Shown here: piece after piece, positions 46,581 through 57,779 of the stretch | Position numbering within the stretch: position 1 is the first letter of the stretch | How the letters are laid out: each line of letters starts with the position of its first letter | Assembly (NCBI GenBank): GCA_963730185.1 | Contig: CAVSQW010000007.1 | Coordinates: 608,001-672,000, forward strand | DNA: 64,000 nucleotides | DNA from: an uncultured Gemmatimonadales bacterium | Lineage (GTDB): Bacteria > Gemmatimonadota > Gemmatimonadetes > Gemmatimonadales > GWC2-71-9 | Direction of reading: 5' to 3' | Notes under the pieces: model-generated | What the model was told of the DNA's origin: nothing | Database searches by the model: none | Seen by the model: only the letters and a program-made list of their open reading frames with translations | Made by a program: the position numbers and the translations under genes

Positions 46581-47960
46581 GGGCCGACGCCGCGGTGCTG
46601 AAGCACCTCCGGGCCAACCACGACCGGATTCTTGCCCGGCTGGTGGAGTTCGCCTCGATCCCGAGCGTCGGTACCGACCCCGCTCACGCCGGAGACATCG
46701 ACCGGGCCGCCCGCTGGGTGGCCGACGAGGCTGGCCGCCGCCGGGCCGTTCTCGGTGCGGCTCCTCCCCACCGGCGGCAATCCGGTCGTTTACGCCGAAT
46801 GGCTCGGCGCCCCCGGTCGGCCGACGGTGCTGGTGTACGGGCACTACGACGTGCAGCCGCCGGACCCGCTCGAGAAGCTGGCTCACGCCGCCCTGGACGC
46901 CGACCCTCCGTGACGGCCGCCTCTACGGCCGCGGCGTCGTCCGACGACAAGGGGCCGATGCTGATCCCGATCGCCGTGGCCGGAGCGTACTTCGCCGCGG
47001 CCGGCGCTCCGCCGGTCAATCTCAAGTTCCTCTTCGAGGGCGAGGAAGAGGTCGGGAGCCGCCATCTCGAGGCCTTCGTGCGCGAGCACCGAGAGCTGCT
47101 CGCCGCCGACTTGGTCGTGTCGGCCGACGGCGCGATGTGGCGGGTCGACGAGCCCTCGATCACCGTGTCCAGCCGGGGCATCTGCGGGCTCGAGTTCACC
47201 CTGACCGGCGCCGCCAAGGATCTCCACTCCGGCCGTCACGGCGGGGGCGTGGCCAATCCGCTCCACGCCATGGCGACCTGGTCGCGTCGCTGCACGACGC
47301 CGAGGGCCGGGTGGCCGTGGCCGGGTTCTACGACGAAGTGCGGGAGCTCCGGCCCGACGAGCGGGCCGCCCTGGCCGCCTTGCCCTTCGACGAGAATGCC
47401 TACCTGGCCCAGGTCGGAGCGCCCGCCCCCTTCGGCGAGCCGGGCTACACCACCCTCGAGCGCCAGTGGACCCGGCCCACGCTCGAGGTCAACGGCATGT
47501 GGGGCGGCTACCTCGGGCCGGGCAAAAGACCGTGATCCCGAGCGAGGCCCACGCGAAGCTCACCTGCCGGTTGGTGGCGGACCAGGATCCGAACACGGTG
47601 CTGGCCGGGGTCCGCCGGCACCTCGAGGCCCACCTGCCTCCGGGCACGCCGGCTTTCCGTGGCCGTGGCGGATCACGGTACGCCCCGCGGGGCACATTCC
47701 GGCCGACCATCCGGCCCTCGCCGGCGCCGGGTCCGCCCTGGAAGCGACCTACGGTGTCCGCGCCGCTGGTCGTGCGGATGGGCGGGACCGTTCCGATCTC
47801 GGCCCTGTTCCAGCGCCATCTCGGGCTCGCGACCGTGTTCTTCTCGTTCTCGACGGCGGACGAGGACTTTCACGCGCCCAACGAGTTCTTCCGGGTCCAC
47901 CGGCTCCACGAGGGGCTCGAGGCCTGGGCCCGGTACTGGGCCATCCTGAGCGGGGCATGA
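46577..47960 (+). CDS. M20 family dipeptidase/amidohydrolase (frameshifted)
   Basis: [40 protein letters not shown]. Confidence 0.87.
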
Positions 47961-49431
47961 CCGGGGAGGCGGAAGGCCGTCGGCGGATCCGGCGGCCGGC
48001 CCACCGGCCGGGCTGGCCCGGGCCGAGGCGGACGTCGAGGCGCACAGCGCGGCGCTCAAGAAGGAGCTCGGGGTTCGCGACCTCGCCCTGACTCAGATCC
48101 TCTTCATCGTCGGCCTCACCTGGATCGGCGTCGCCGGCAAGCTCGGCTCCTCTCATCTCGTCTTCTGGCTCCTCGCCCTCGCCCTCTTCTATCTCCCCTC
48201 GGCGGCGGTGGTGATCTACCTCAACCGGCTGATGCCGCTCGAAGGCGGGCTCTACCAGTGGGCCAAGCTCGGCTTCAACGAGACCGTCGGGTTCCTGCTG
48301 GCCTGGAACCTCTGGCTCTACGTGATCGTCTTCACGTCCGAGATCGGCCTCCAGTGCACGACCTACCTCTCCTATGCGATCGGTCCGAGCGCCGCGTGGA
48401 TGACCACCAGCAGCTGGTTCGTCGCCCTGGCCTCGGCGGCGCTGCTGGCGCTGATGGTGGTTACCGCCACCATCGGCCTGTCGGTGGGCAAGTGGGTGCA
48501 CAACACCGGCGGCGTCTTCATGATCGCGATCTTCGGGGCGGTGGTCCTGGTCCCCGTGGTCGGCCTCCTGACCGGACGGCTGGCCGAGTACCATCCCTTC
48601 CGCACCAAGCTTCCCGAGCTCTCGCTCTACAACCTGAACATTCTGGGGAAGATGGGCTTCGGCGCCCTGGGCGGGTTCGAGTACATGGCCATCCTGGCCG
48701 GTGAAACCCGATCGCCGGTGCGATCGGTCAAGCGGTCGGTGGTGATCGCCGCCCCGGTCATCGCCTTGATGTTCGTATTGGGCACCAGCACCGTGGTGGC
48801 CTACGTGCCCCACGACGACATCGACCTGATCGGCCCGGTGGCCCAGGTACTCCGGATCGGATACGGCGCGTTCGGCTTCGCCACGCCCCTGGTGACCCTG
48901 GCGATCCTGATGACGCTGGCCATGCGGGTGGGGCAGGCCAGCGTGGCGTTCACCGCGGTGGCCCGCCTCCCGATGGTGGCCGGGTGGGACCGCTTGCTGC
49001 CGCCCTGGTTCAGCCGCCTGCATCCGGCCCACAAGACGCCGGTGAACTCGATTCGCCTGGTCGGGATCGCCTCGCTGGTGATCGCCTCGCTGAGTCTGGT
49101 CGGAGTGGGACAGGCGGAGGCCTTCCAGCTGCTCTTCAACGCGAGCGGGATCTTCTACGCGCTCTGCTACGTGGTGATGTTCGCGATCCCGCTGTTCGGG
49201 CTCCGGACCGTCACACCGCGGCCGCCCCGGTGGCTCCAGCTCGCGGCCTGGTCCGGTCTGCTGATGACGGTCCTCTACATCGTGCTCTCGATCTTCCCGA
49301 TCATCACGGTCACGAGCGTCTTCACCTTCGCGCTCAAGATCACCGGGCTGATCGTGGCCATGAACCTGGTGGGGATCGGGATCCTCCGCTCGGCGAACCG
49401 GCGGCGGGGCGCGGCGGCAACCGCCGTCTGA
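47957..49431 (+). CDS. APC family amino acid permease (5' end frameshifted)
   Basis: LKKELGVRDLALTQIL, EGGLYQWAKLGF, GGFEYMAILAGE, LHPAHKTP; many TM helices. Confidence 0.88.
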
Positions 49432-49478
49432 CCGCGGGCCCGGACTGGCCAACCCCGGGGCGGTGCCTATCTTGAGGG

Positions 49479-49649
49479 ATGACCAAGTCCCCCGTCGATC
49501 CACCCGAGGATCCCAATCTCGCGGCCTTCCGGGCGATTCTGGCCCGGAAGAAGGCCGCCCGAGCGGACGGGCCGAAGCCCGGTCCGACGACCGATAAGGC
49601 CAAGCGTCAGAAGCCGCGTCCCAAGGAGCGGATGCGCCGTCGTCCCTGA
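49479..49649 (+). CDS. Small basic hypothetical protein (56 aa)
   Basis: MTKSPVDPPEDPNLAAFRAILARKK...KERMRRRP*. It fills the intergenic gap, and TATCTT 5 nt upstream suggests a leaderless transcript. Confidence 0.6.
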   Translation: MTKSPVDPPEDPNLAAFRAILARKKAARADGPKPGPTTDKAKRQKPRPKERMRRRP

Positions 49650-49700
49650 GGCCGGGCCGAGGCCCTGCTCTGGTAGTCACCTTCGCATAGGGGGGTCTTC

Positions 49701-50348
49701 ATGAAACGGTCGTCGATGGCGGTCGTGGCAGCGCTCGTGGCGCTCGGCTGCGGCAAGAAAGACCAGACCCCGAACGTGGTCAGCGCCATGGCCAAGGCCG
49801 TGGCCGCTGCTCCGAAGGTGGAGGCGGCGATGGCGGACGCCGAAACGTTCCAGAAGGAGCGGGTCGCCAAAGGAGACACGGTCGCCATTCCCTACGGCGA
49901 CCTCCAGCAGTACCTCCCGACCTCGGTCGATGGCTACACCGCGGACGGGAATCCCTCCGGCAGCCAGCAGGCCATGCCCGGATTCTCGATGTCGCAGACC
50001 GAGCAGACCTGGGTCGCGCCCGCCGACGCGGATGGCAACACGCCCGAGGTCCAGGTCACCCTGGTCGACTTCGGCGGGACCGAGCAGGGCTACGCGATGA
50101 TGGCGGCGCCGATGATGATGAGCTACAGCCAGGAGGACGACCACCAGCGGGTCGGGTCGACCTCGATCGACGTGCCCTACACGGGCGCCTGGATGGAGTT
50201 CGACAAGGACGACAAGAATGCCAAGGTCACCGCGATCACCCGCTATCGGTTCGTGATTACGGTCGAGGCCCGCAACCAGAGCGAGGATCAGTCGGCGATG
50301 GTGAAGCGGCTGGCGGCCGAGATCGCGAAGAAGTTCGAGGGCAAGTAG
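49701..50348 (+). CDS. Lipoprotein of unknown function
   Basis: MKRSSMAVVAALVALGC lipobox; strong coding bias. Confidence 0.8.
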   Translation: MKRSSMAVVAALVALGCGKKDQTPNVVSAMAKAVAAAPKVEAAMADAETFQKERVAKGDTVAIPYGDLQQYLPTSVDGYTADGNPSGSQQAMPGFSMSQTEQTWVAPADADGNTPEVQVTLVDFGGTEQGYAMMAAPMMMSYSQEDDHQRVGSTSIDVPYTGAWMEFDKDDKNAKVTAITRYRFVITVEARNQSEDQSAMVKRLAAEIAKKFEGK

Positions 50349-50365
50349 CGGGTTACCAACCGCGG

Positions 50366-50971
50366 TCAGCGGAGCCGTTCCAGGTCGAAGGGGTGATCCA
50401 CGTCGGGGTTGTCTCCGTCGAGCCACACCTCCTTCCAACGCACCCGCTGACGCTCGGTCGTGAGGTGGAAGGACTCGCTTCCCTCGATCCGATGGACCAT
50501 CCCGAAGTGGTAGCGCCCGATGTACGCCGGGTGGCTCACCGGGTCCGCGTACCCGTTGTACCGTGCCCGCACCAGCGCTTGGGGCGAGCCGCCGGCGGCC
50601 TCGACGACGGCCTGGACGGCGTGGCGGGTCACCATCGGCTGGTCGGCCAGGAGGACGACCACGCCCTCGGTGCCGGGGTGGACGGCGCTGACGGCCAGCT
50701 GGAGGCTGGCCGAGATCGGCTGCTCCAAAGCCGGGTGGAGCACCCGGCATCCGTCGGCGACCGCCAGGCTCTTGATCCGGGTTTCGCCGGCCGGGGCGAT
50801 CACCAGGACCTCGTTCACGACCCCGGCGTGCCAGGCGTTGGTGGCGGCGCTGATCACGTGCTCGATCAGGGTGCGGCCCCGCCATTCGGCCAGGAGCTTG
50901 TTGCGGTTGGCCCCGAAGCGGTGGTCGGAGCCCGCGGCGAGCACGACGGCCGAGACGTTCGCGGCGGCCAT
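50366..50971 (-). CDS. MocA/MobA-like nucleotidyltransferase family protein
   Basis: VVLAAGSDHRFGANRNKLL, LLADQPMV, DVDHPFDL. Confidence 0.85.
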   Translation of the reverse strand: MAAANVSAVVLAAGSDHRFGANRNKLLAEWRGRTLIEHVISAATNAWHAGVVNEVLVIAPAGETRIKSLAVADGCRVLHPALEQPISASLQLAVSAVHPGTEGVVVLLADQPMVTRHAVQAVVEAAGGSPQALVRARYNGYADPVSHPAYIGRYHFGMVHRIEGSESFHLTTERQRVRWKEVWLDGDNPDVDHPFDLERLR

Positions 50972-50973
50972 GG

Positions 50974-52368
50974 CTAGAGGAGCGTCCCGCGGAGCAGCAG
51001 CGCGGCCACCGAGAAGTAGATCACCAGCCCGGTGACGTCGACGAGGGTGGCCACGAACGGGGCCGACGCGCTCGCCGGGTCGAAGCCCAGGCGGCGGAGC
51101 AGGAACGGGAGCATCGATCCGGCCATCGACCCGAACGTCACCACGCCGACCAGCGCGGTCCCCACGGTGAGCGCCACCAGCAGGAAGTGCGCGCCGTAGT
51201 CGTACCACCCGAGCCCCTGCCATACCAAGATCCGGAGCACCCCGATGCTCCCCAGGATCGAGCCGAGGGCCAGACCCGCCGGCAGCTCCCGGAAGGCGAC
51301 CCGCCACCAGTCCTTGAGCGTCACCTCCTTGAGCGCCATCGCCCGGATGATGAGCGAGGTGGCTTGCGAGCCCGAGTTGCCGCCCGAGCTGATGATCAAC
51401 GGAATGAACAGGGCCAGCACGACGGCTCGCTCGATCTCGTGCTCGAACCGACCCATGGCCGTGGCGGTGAGCATCTCGCTCAGAAAGAGCACCGTGAGCC
51501 ATCCCGCCCGCTTCTTCACCATGTCCAGGAAGCCGATGTCCCGGTAGGGCTCGTCGAGCGCCTCCATGCCGCCGAACTTCTGGACGTCCTCCGTCTGCTC
51601 GCTGACCAGGGCGTCGATCACGTCGTCCACCGTCACGATCCCGAGCACTTTCCGGTGTAGGTCGACGACCGGCACGGCGAGGAGGTCGTAGCGGGAGATC
51701 AGACGAGCCACGTCTTCCCGGTCGGTTTCGGGCGCCACCGTGAGCGGGGGCCGGGGGTCGCCGATCTCGCCCACCGGCTGCGCCCCGTCCGCGGTGAGCA
51801 GCTCCCGGAGCGAGACCACGTGCTCGAGGGTCTGATCCGCCGGGCTGAGGACGTAGACGGCGTAGACCGTCTCCTTCGCCTCTCCCACCGCCTTGATGTG
51901 CGCCAAGGCCTGCTCGGCGGTCCAGGTGGCGGGCAGGGAGACGAACTCGGTCGTCATGATCCCGCCCGCCGTGTGGGGCGGATAGCGGAGGAGCAGGGCG
52001 ACGTTGTCGCGGGTCGGTTGGTCGGCGAGCCGGAGCAGGCGCTCGCGATCCTCGTCGCTGGCCTCGCCGAGGAGGTCGGCCTGCTGATCGGCCGCGAGCC
52101 CGGCGAAGAACTTGGCCGCCTTGGCGTCGTCGAGGTGGCGGAGAAGCTCGACCCGTTGGTGCCCCAGCTCAGGCTCGTCCAGCAGGGCGATCGCGAGGTC
52201 CGCCGGAAGCTGGCTGATGATCCGGGCCGCCTGCTCCGGCGGGAGCTCCCGGAGCGGCGCCGCCAGGTCCACCGGCTGGAGACCCGCCACGGCCTCGGCC
52301 AGATCGTCCGGGTCGTGGGCGAGCAGCAGCAGCAGCTCGGCTGTGGGCTTGGAGTCGAGTATGGGCAT
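50974..52368 (-). CDS. mgtE: Magnesium transporter MgtE
   Basis: TAGGIMTTEF, CBS pair, GIVTVDD, SSGGNSGSQA, DPASASAPFVATLVD. Confidence 0.95.
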   Translation of the reverse strand: MPILDSKPTAELLLLLAHDPDDLAEAVAGLQPVDLAAPLRELPPEQAARIISQLPADLAIALLDEPELGHQRVELLRHLDDAKAAKFFAGLAADQQADLLGEASDEDRERLLRLADQPTRDNVALLLRYPPHTAGGIMTTEFVSLPATWTAEQALAHIKAVGEAKETVYAVYVLSPADQTLEHVVSLRELLTADGAQPVGEIGDPRPPLTVAPETDREDVARLISRYDLLAVPVVDLHRKVLGIVTVDDVIDALVSEQTEDVQKFGGMEALDEPYRDIGFLDMVKKRAGWLTVLFLSEMLTATAMGRFEHEIERAVVLALFIPLIISSGGNSGSQATSLIIRAMALKEVTLKDWWRVAFRELPAGLALGSILGSIGVLRILVWQGLGWYDYGAHFLLVALTVGTALVGVVTFGSMAGSMLPFLLRRLGFDPASASAPFVATLVDVTGLVIYFSVAALLLRGTLL

Positions 52369-52551
52369 ACGACAGCCAGAGGGCGGGAAGGCCTGGAACT
52401 CGGACCACGGCCGGGGGCCGTGGCGGGGAGCGGGTGGAGCTTGGCCCCGCGGGCTCTCTCGGTCAAGGCGCGCGGGTCGTGAGTCGGTCTCCTCCTGGAT
52501 CCCCGACCGGGTCGCGCTACCCCGCCGAAGGCCGACCACGTACTCTCCGGG

Positions 52552-53616
52552 GTGCCTTCCGCCTCTCGCCCCGCCGACATCGACCGCGCCCGCGACCTGG
52601 TGCTCCGCTATGGCTGGCACCCCAGCGCGTATCAGATCCTCAACCCGGGCATCCGGCTCTGGTTCGCGACCGCCGGCGACGCGGTGGTGGGCTATACCGA
52701 CCACGGGCGGGTCCGGGTCGCGGCCGGAGAGCCGGTCTGCCCGGCGGAGCGGCTGGGCGCCGTGGCGGCCGAGTTCGAGGCGGCCACCGGTGCCGAGCAC
52801 CGCCGAGTCTGCTACCTCGCGGCCGAAGCCCGGCTCGGTGAGCTGCTGAACGACGCCCCCGGGTACTCGAGCGTGGTGCTGGGAGCGCACCCGGTCCTTC
52901 GGCCGAGTCGGTGGGCCGAGACGCTCCGCAGCCACGCGTCGCTCCGGGCCCAGCTCAATCGCGCTCGAAACAAGGGGGTCACGATCGAGGAGTGGTCGTC
53001 CGCCCGGGCCACCGAGAGCCCTGAGCTCCGCGAGTGTCTGGCCCGATGGCTGGGCTCGCGTGGCCTCCCGCCGCTCCACTTCCTGGTCGAAACCGAGACT
53101 CTGGCCCATCTCGTGGACCGGCGGGTGTTCGTCGCCGAGGGGGCGGGCGGCGTGGTGGGGTTCGTCGTGGCCTCGCCGATCCCGCTCCGCGATGGGTGGC
53201 TGGTGGAGCAGGTGGTCCGGATCCCGGAGGCGCCGAACGGAACGGCCGAGCTCACGATCGACGCGGCGGTCCGGACGTTCGAGGCCGAGGGATCCGACCA
53301 CGTGGCGTTAGGGGTGGCGCCCCTGTCCGAGCGGGCCGGCCGCTCCGACGTGGGCCCCGGTCTCCGCCTGGTGCTCGCCTGGGTGCGGGCCCATTCGCGG
53401 CGCTTCTACAACTTTTCGGGGCTCGAGGCCTTCAAGGCCAAGTTCGATCCGGCCTGGTGGGAGCCGGTCTACGCGATCTCCCGCGAGCCGACCTTCTCGT
53501 TCGGGACCCTCTGGGCCATCTCGGGCGCCTATTGCGGCGGGTCGCCTCTCCTCACGGGCGTGAAGGCGGTCGGGTACGCCGTCCGCCAGGAGGCGGCGTG
53601 GCTGCGCCGACGATGA
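52552..53616 (+). CDS. Stand-alone aminoacyl-phosphatidylglycerol synthase C-terminal (DUF2156/MprF-C) domain protein
   Basis: VAAGEPVCP, LNRARNKGV, APNGTAEL, LGVAPLS, FYNFSGLEAFKAKF. Confidence 0.82.
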   Translation: MPSASRPADIDRARDLVLRYGWHPSAYQILNPGIRLWFATAGDAVVGYTDHGRVRVAAGEPVCPAERLGAVAAEFEAATGAEHRRVCYLAAEARLGELLNDAPGYSSVVLGAHPVLRPSRWAETLRSHASLRAQLNRARNKGVTIEEWSSARATESPELRECLARWLGSRGLPPLHFLVETETLAHLVDRRVFVAEGAGGVVGFVVASPIPLRDGWLVEQVVRIPEAPNGTAELTIDAAVRTFEAEGSDHVALGVAPLSERAGRSDVGPGLRLVLAWVRAHSRRFYNFSGLEAFKAKFDPAWWEPVYAISREPTFSFGTLWAISGAYCGGSPLLTGVKAVGYAVRQEAAWLRRR

Positions 53617-53662
53617 CCGGAGCCGCCGCCGGCATCCTGGCCGGCGGCGGCCCCGCCCGCGA

Positions 53663-56072
53663 TCACTCGGAGCGGAGAATGCCGGCCGGATCGGTCCGGG
53701 CCGCCTGGCGCGCCGGCCGGTGGGCCGCGAGGAGCGAGATCAGCAGCAAGCCGGCCGCGACCAGACCGTAGCTGAGCGGATCGGTGCTCCGGACCCCGGC
53801 GAGGAGCGGGCTCAGGAAGCGGCGGATCGCCAGGGCGCCGAGGGCCCCGAGCAGGATGCCGGCCGTGCCGAGCAGCAGGCCTTCCCGGAGGACCCCGCCG
53901 GTGATCCGCTCGCGGGGCGCCCCCAGCGCCATCCGGATGGCGATTTCCCGCCGCCGCCGGGCCACGAGGAACGCGATCACGCCGTAGAGCCCGATCCCCG
54001 CCACCAGCAGCGTGAAGAGCCCATATCCCCCGACCAGCACCACCGTGAACCGGGGGCTCACCAGCAGTCGATCGGCCGCCTGGTTCAGGGTGCGGAGACT
54101 GCCGATCTGCATGTCCGGGCTCGCCGCGGCCAGCCGCTGCTCCAACGAGCGCGCCACCAGGGCCGGATCGCCGGTGGTCCGGAGCACCAGGTACGACCCC
54201 AGCCGGAGGTTCTGAGCGAAGGGCCAGAAGATCTCCGGCTCGATCGCCGTTCCGGCTTTCCAGGGCGCCACGTCGGCCACCACGCCCACGACCTCGAAGG
54301 TCGGTCCGTCGCTCAAGATCCAGCGCACCGTCTTGCCGATCGGATTCTCGCCCGGCCAGGCTCGCCGGGCAAAGGTCTCGTTGACCACCGCGACCTTGGG
54401 TGCTCCGGGCCGGTCGGTGTCGCCGATATCGCGACCCCGCACCACTGGGAGGCCCAAGGTGGCGAAGTAGTCGGGGCCGACGTCGTGCCAGAGCGCGGCA
54501 AACCGGGCGTCGTCCGAGGCGCCGACCGGCTGGAACGAACCGGGTTCGGTCCCGCCGAAGAGTGGGCCCGACGACGCTTGGCTCACCCGGGCGACCCCGG
54601 GCACGGCGGCCGCTTCCGCCCGAAGCCGGTCGAACGTCCCGAGCAGTGCCTCGTTGCCGGAGACTTGGCTGGGCGGGAGGAGGGTCCACACCACGGCCAC
54701 GTGGTCGTAGTCGAACCCCGGGCTCCACCGGAGATAGCTGACGAACGACCGCCCGAGGAGCACGGCCCCCACCAGCAACGTGGTGGCCAGCGCCAGCTCC
54801 GCGATCACCAGTCCCCGCTGGAGCAGGGGCCGCCCGCCCGGGCCGCCGCTCGGGCCCGCCGTTCGCAGCGCGTTCGAAAGGTCGCGACGGGCCGAACGGA
54901 GGATCGGCGCCAGCGCAATCGCCAGGGTGAGTCCGACCGCCCCCACCAGCGACCAGATCAGGATCCGCGGCTCGACCGAGATCTCTGCCAATCGGGGGAT
55001 GTTCGACGGCGCGAGCCGCACGAAGCTCCGGGTGAGCCAAGGGGCCAGCACCGCCCCCACCCCCGCGCCGGCCAGGGCGATGAGCGCCGCCTCGGTGAGG
55101 AGGAGGAGCGCGATCCGGCCCTGGCTTCCGCCGAGCGCTTCGCGGACCGCGATCTCCCGGGCCCGATCCCACCAGCGGACCAGGAGCAGGATGGAGAGAT
55201 TCACGACTGCAATCAGCACGGCGAGGACGGTGGCACCCAGGAATGCGAGGAGCGCCGGGCGGGCGCTGCCGACCACCGCGTCGTGCAGGGGGCGCAAGGT
55301 GACGCCCCATCCCCGATTGGTCTCGGGATGCGCCACCGCGATTCGGCGATCGATGGTCTCGAGCTCGCTCAGCGCGACCGATCGATCCGCACCCGGCGCC
55401 AACCGCCCCACCACCTCGAAGCCCCGCCAGTCGCGGCGGGCCTCGTCCCGCGGGTCGAACGGGAGCGGAATCCAGACCTCGGTCTCTTCGAGCAGGGGGA
55501 CCGCGAGGCCGGCCGGCAGCACCCCGATCACGGTATAGGTGGAGTCGTCGAGCACCAGGGTGGCCCCGACCGGCGACGGGTGATCGGCCAGCGCGGCGTC
55601 GGACAAAGGCCTGGCTTACGATCGCGACCCTCGGCGCGCCACCGCCGACATCCGTCGGCGCGAAGGTCCGGCCGTCGGCGACCGAGATCCCCAGCGTTCG
55701 AAACCAGCCGGGCGTGGCCAGCGCGCCGCGAACGCCGCGGCTTCTCCCGTCGAGACGCCGGGTCAGGGGCCAGTCGCGGGCCAACCCGAGCGAGGTGAAG
55801 GTCCGCGCCTGGTCGGTCCAGTCCATCAGGTCGGGCGGCGAGGCGACACAGAAGCCGGCGACGCTCGGGTGCACCTCGCAGATCGAGACCAGCCGGTCCG
55901 GGTCGGCCACCGGCAGCGGACGGCTCAGCACCGAGGTCACGATACTCACCATCGACGCCATCGCTCCGACCGCGAGTCCCAGGGTGGCGATCGCCGCCAC
56001 GGCGAAGCCGGGCCGCCGGGTGATGCTGCGTTTGGCGATCCGAATGTCGAGGATCCGATCGCGCCAGGCCAT
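53663..56072 (-). CDS. ADOP-type duplicated MacB/FtsX ABC permease (frameshift ~55606)
   Basis: RRPGFAVAAIATLGLAVGA, REIAVREALG, LVIAELALA, RRREIAIRMALGA, DPAGILRSE. Confidence 0.88.
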
Positions 56073-56506
56073 GCGGAGCTCAACGGATGGAGATGTCGTC
56101 GAAGAAGGGAAGTTCCATGCCGCTCGGGCCGCCTGGGCAAGCGGTTGCGTGGCAATCCGTTGCGTGGTCCTTGGCTGGGCTGGCGACGGGCGGAGGTGTC
56201 CGATCGTGGGACGCCCGGCACGGATCCGAACAGGGAGGGGATCACTCGCTAATGCCGGCTTCACGAAGCGACGGGGCCCGCGCATTTCGCGGCGGCGGGA
56301 TCGGACGCGGCCTCGTCGCTAACCTGAATCCTCCACCTGAGTGGGGATTGGGACGCCAGGCATTGCACCGCGGCCGGGGTGGCGTGTCGATCGGGTTGGC
56401 GGGTCTGCAGAGCCCTGCGCCATCGGCCGTGGTGCCGCGCTTGCAAGAGCGGAGGCCGGGCCGGGGGCCATCCGCCGGCCGCGAACTCGAGCGGGAGGGC
56501 GAGACC

Positions 56507-57010
56507 GTGTTCGACTGCAGCGAATCCGATCCCAAGCGGACCGAGGCGTGCCTCGGCCGCCGTGACTTTCTCGCCCGGGCGGCCGCCGTCTGGACCGCGG
56601 GCTGGCTCCTGCCCCTGGGGCTGGGGAGCGGGCGCCTGAGCCTTCGCCGCGGGGAGGCCCTGGCTCAGGGTGACGTGTCGTATCCGATCCCGACCACCGA
56701 CGGGGTCACCATCGACAAGCCCAACCAGGTCATCCTGGTCCGACACGCGGGGCTGGTCTACGCCTTCGCCCTGAGCTGCCCCCACCAGAACACGGCGCTT
56801 CGGTGGCAGGAATCGGAGGGGCGCTTCCAGTGTCCCAAGCACAAGTCGCGCTACGCGCCGGACGGGCGGTTCCTGTCCGGGCGAGCCACCCGCAACATGG
56901 ACCGCCTTCCGATCCGGCGGACCGGGGGCAAGGTGGTGGTGAACGTGGACGCCGTGTTCGAGAGCGACCAGGACCCGAGGGCCTGGGCTGGCGCGGAGGT
57001 TCAGCTCTAG
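56507..57010 (+). CDS. Tat-exported Rieske [2Fe-2S] protein
   Basis: RRDFL twin-arginine signal; SCPHQ and FQCPKHKSRY motifs. Start uncertain. Confidence 0.85.
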   Translation: MFDCSESDPKRTEACLGRRDFLARAAAVWTAGWLLPLGLGSGRLSLRRGEALAQGDVSYPIPTTDGVTIDKPNQVILVRHAGLVYAFALSCPHQNTALRWQESEGRFQCPKHKSRYAPDGRFLSGRATRNMDRLPIRRTGGKVVVNVDAVFESDQDPRAWAGAEVQL

Positions 57011-57091
57011 GACGCTAACCTCCAGTGGGACCCGGGGCGTTCCAGGTTCGGGGGGCTGGCGCGAGTACTCCGCTAGACGCTAACCTGGGGC

Positions 57092-57361
57092 GTGTCCCAT
57101 ACAGACCTGCCTGCCACCTGGTTTGCGGTGGTGGACGGGGCAGCGCTCGCCCCGGGCGACGTGGTTCGAGTCGTGCCCGGAGGTCCTGCCCCCGTCACCC
57201 TCTACCGCACGAACGGTCCGGTCGTTTCGGGCCTTTCCTACCCCCGTCTGCAAGCCATGCTGGCTCAGGGGGAGCTGCTGCCACTGACCGAGCGAAGCGC
57301 CCTGGAAGCTAGACTCCTGATGGAGGATCTTCCGGAAAACGCGGGAATGCCGGCCGCTTGA
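57092..57361 (+). CDS. Small hypothetical protein
   Basis: TAACCT -10-like hexamer 5 nt upstream of GTG; overlaps the convergent XRE gene by 53 bp. Confidence 0.45.
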   Translation: MSHTDLPATWFAVVDGAALAPGDVVRVVPGGPAPVTLYRTNGPVVSGLSYPRLQAMLAQGELLPLTERSALEARLLMEDLPENAGMPAA

Positions 57362-57779
57362 TCGCCTCCATCCCGGCTTCGAATACCCGTCGAAGGAGGC
57401 CATAGGCCAGGGCCGGCGGAATTTGCTCCCCTCGCTCGATATAGGGGGCAACCTCGAGGGCCGCCTCGCCATAGGCGTCCCGGAAGCGGCGCTGCGCCGC
57501 GATCATCTCCAAGTCCCCTTCGTTCGCCTCCTTCGGACCGGTGCCCGTCCGGAGCCAGTTCGGCGCCACCCCAAGGAGCCCCGCCAGCCGAGCCAGCCGG
57601 GCCGGGACGGGCACATGTCCACCACGCCATTTGCTCACGGTAACCGGGTGAACCGGGAGTCGAACGGCAAGCTCGGCGATCGAGACGTTCCGGGCCTCCA
57701 TCAGGTCGGTAAGCCTTCGGCCGAAGTCCTGGTCTCGGCTCACCCGCACGCCCTCTTGGTTTCCATCTACACGCGTCAT
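57309..57779 (-). CDS. XRE/Cro-CI family HTH regulator
   Basis: FGRRLTDLMEARNVSIAELAVRLPVHPVTVSKWRGG...LAGLLGVAPNWLRTG; AT-rich upstream region 57780-57845. Confidence 0.8.
   Translation of the reverse strand: MTRVDGNQEGVRVSRDQDFGRRLTDLMEARNVSIAELAVRLPVHPVTVSKWRGGHVPVPARLARLAGLLGVAPNWLRTGTGPKEANEGDLEMIAAQRRFRDAYGEAALEVAPYIERGEQIPPALAYGLLRRVFEAGMEAIKRPAFPRFPEDPPSGV

Noticed and set aside
35195..48100. Mass pseudogenisation or programmed frameshifting
   Set aside because: Single-base indels are dense, often fall in G/C runs, hit unrelated genes and come without evident in-frame nonsense codons. Long-read consensus error is more likely, though reads are needed to confirm.
57309..57779. Prophage
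   Set aside because: It is a lone XRE gene with no integrase, structural or replication genes.
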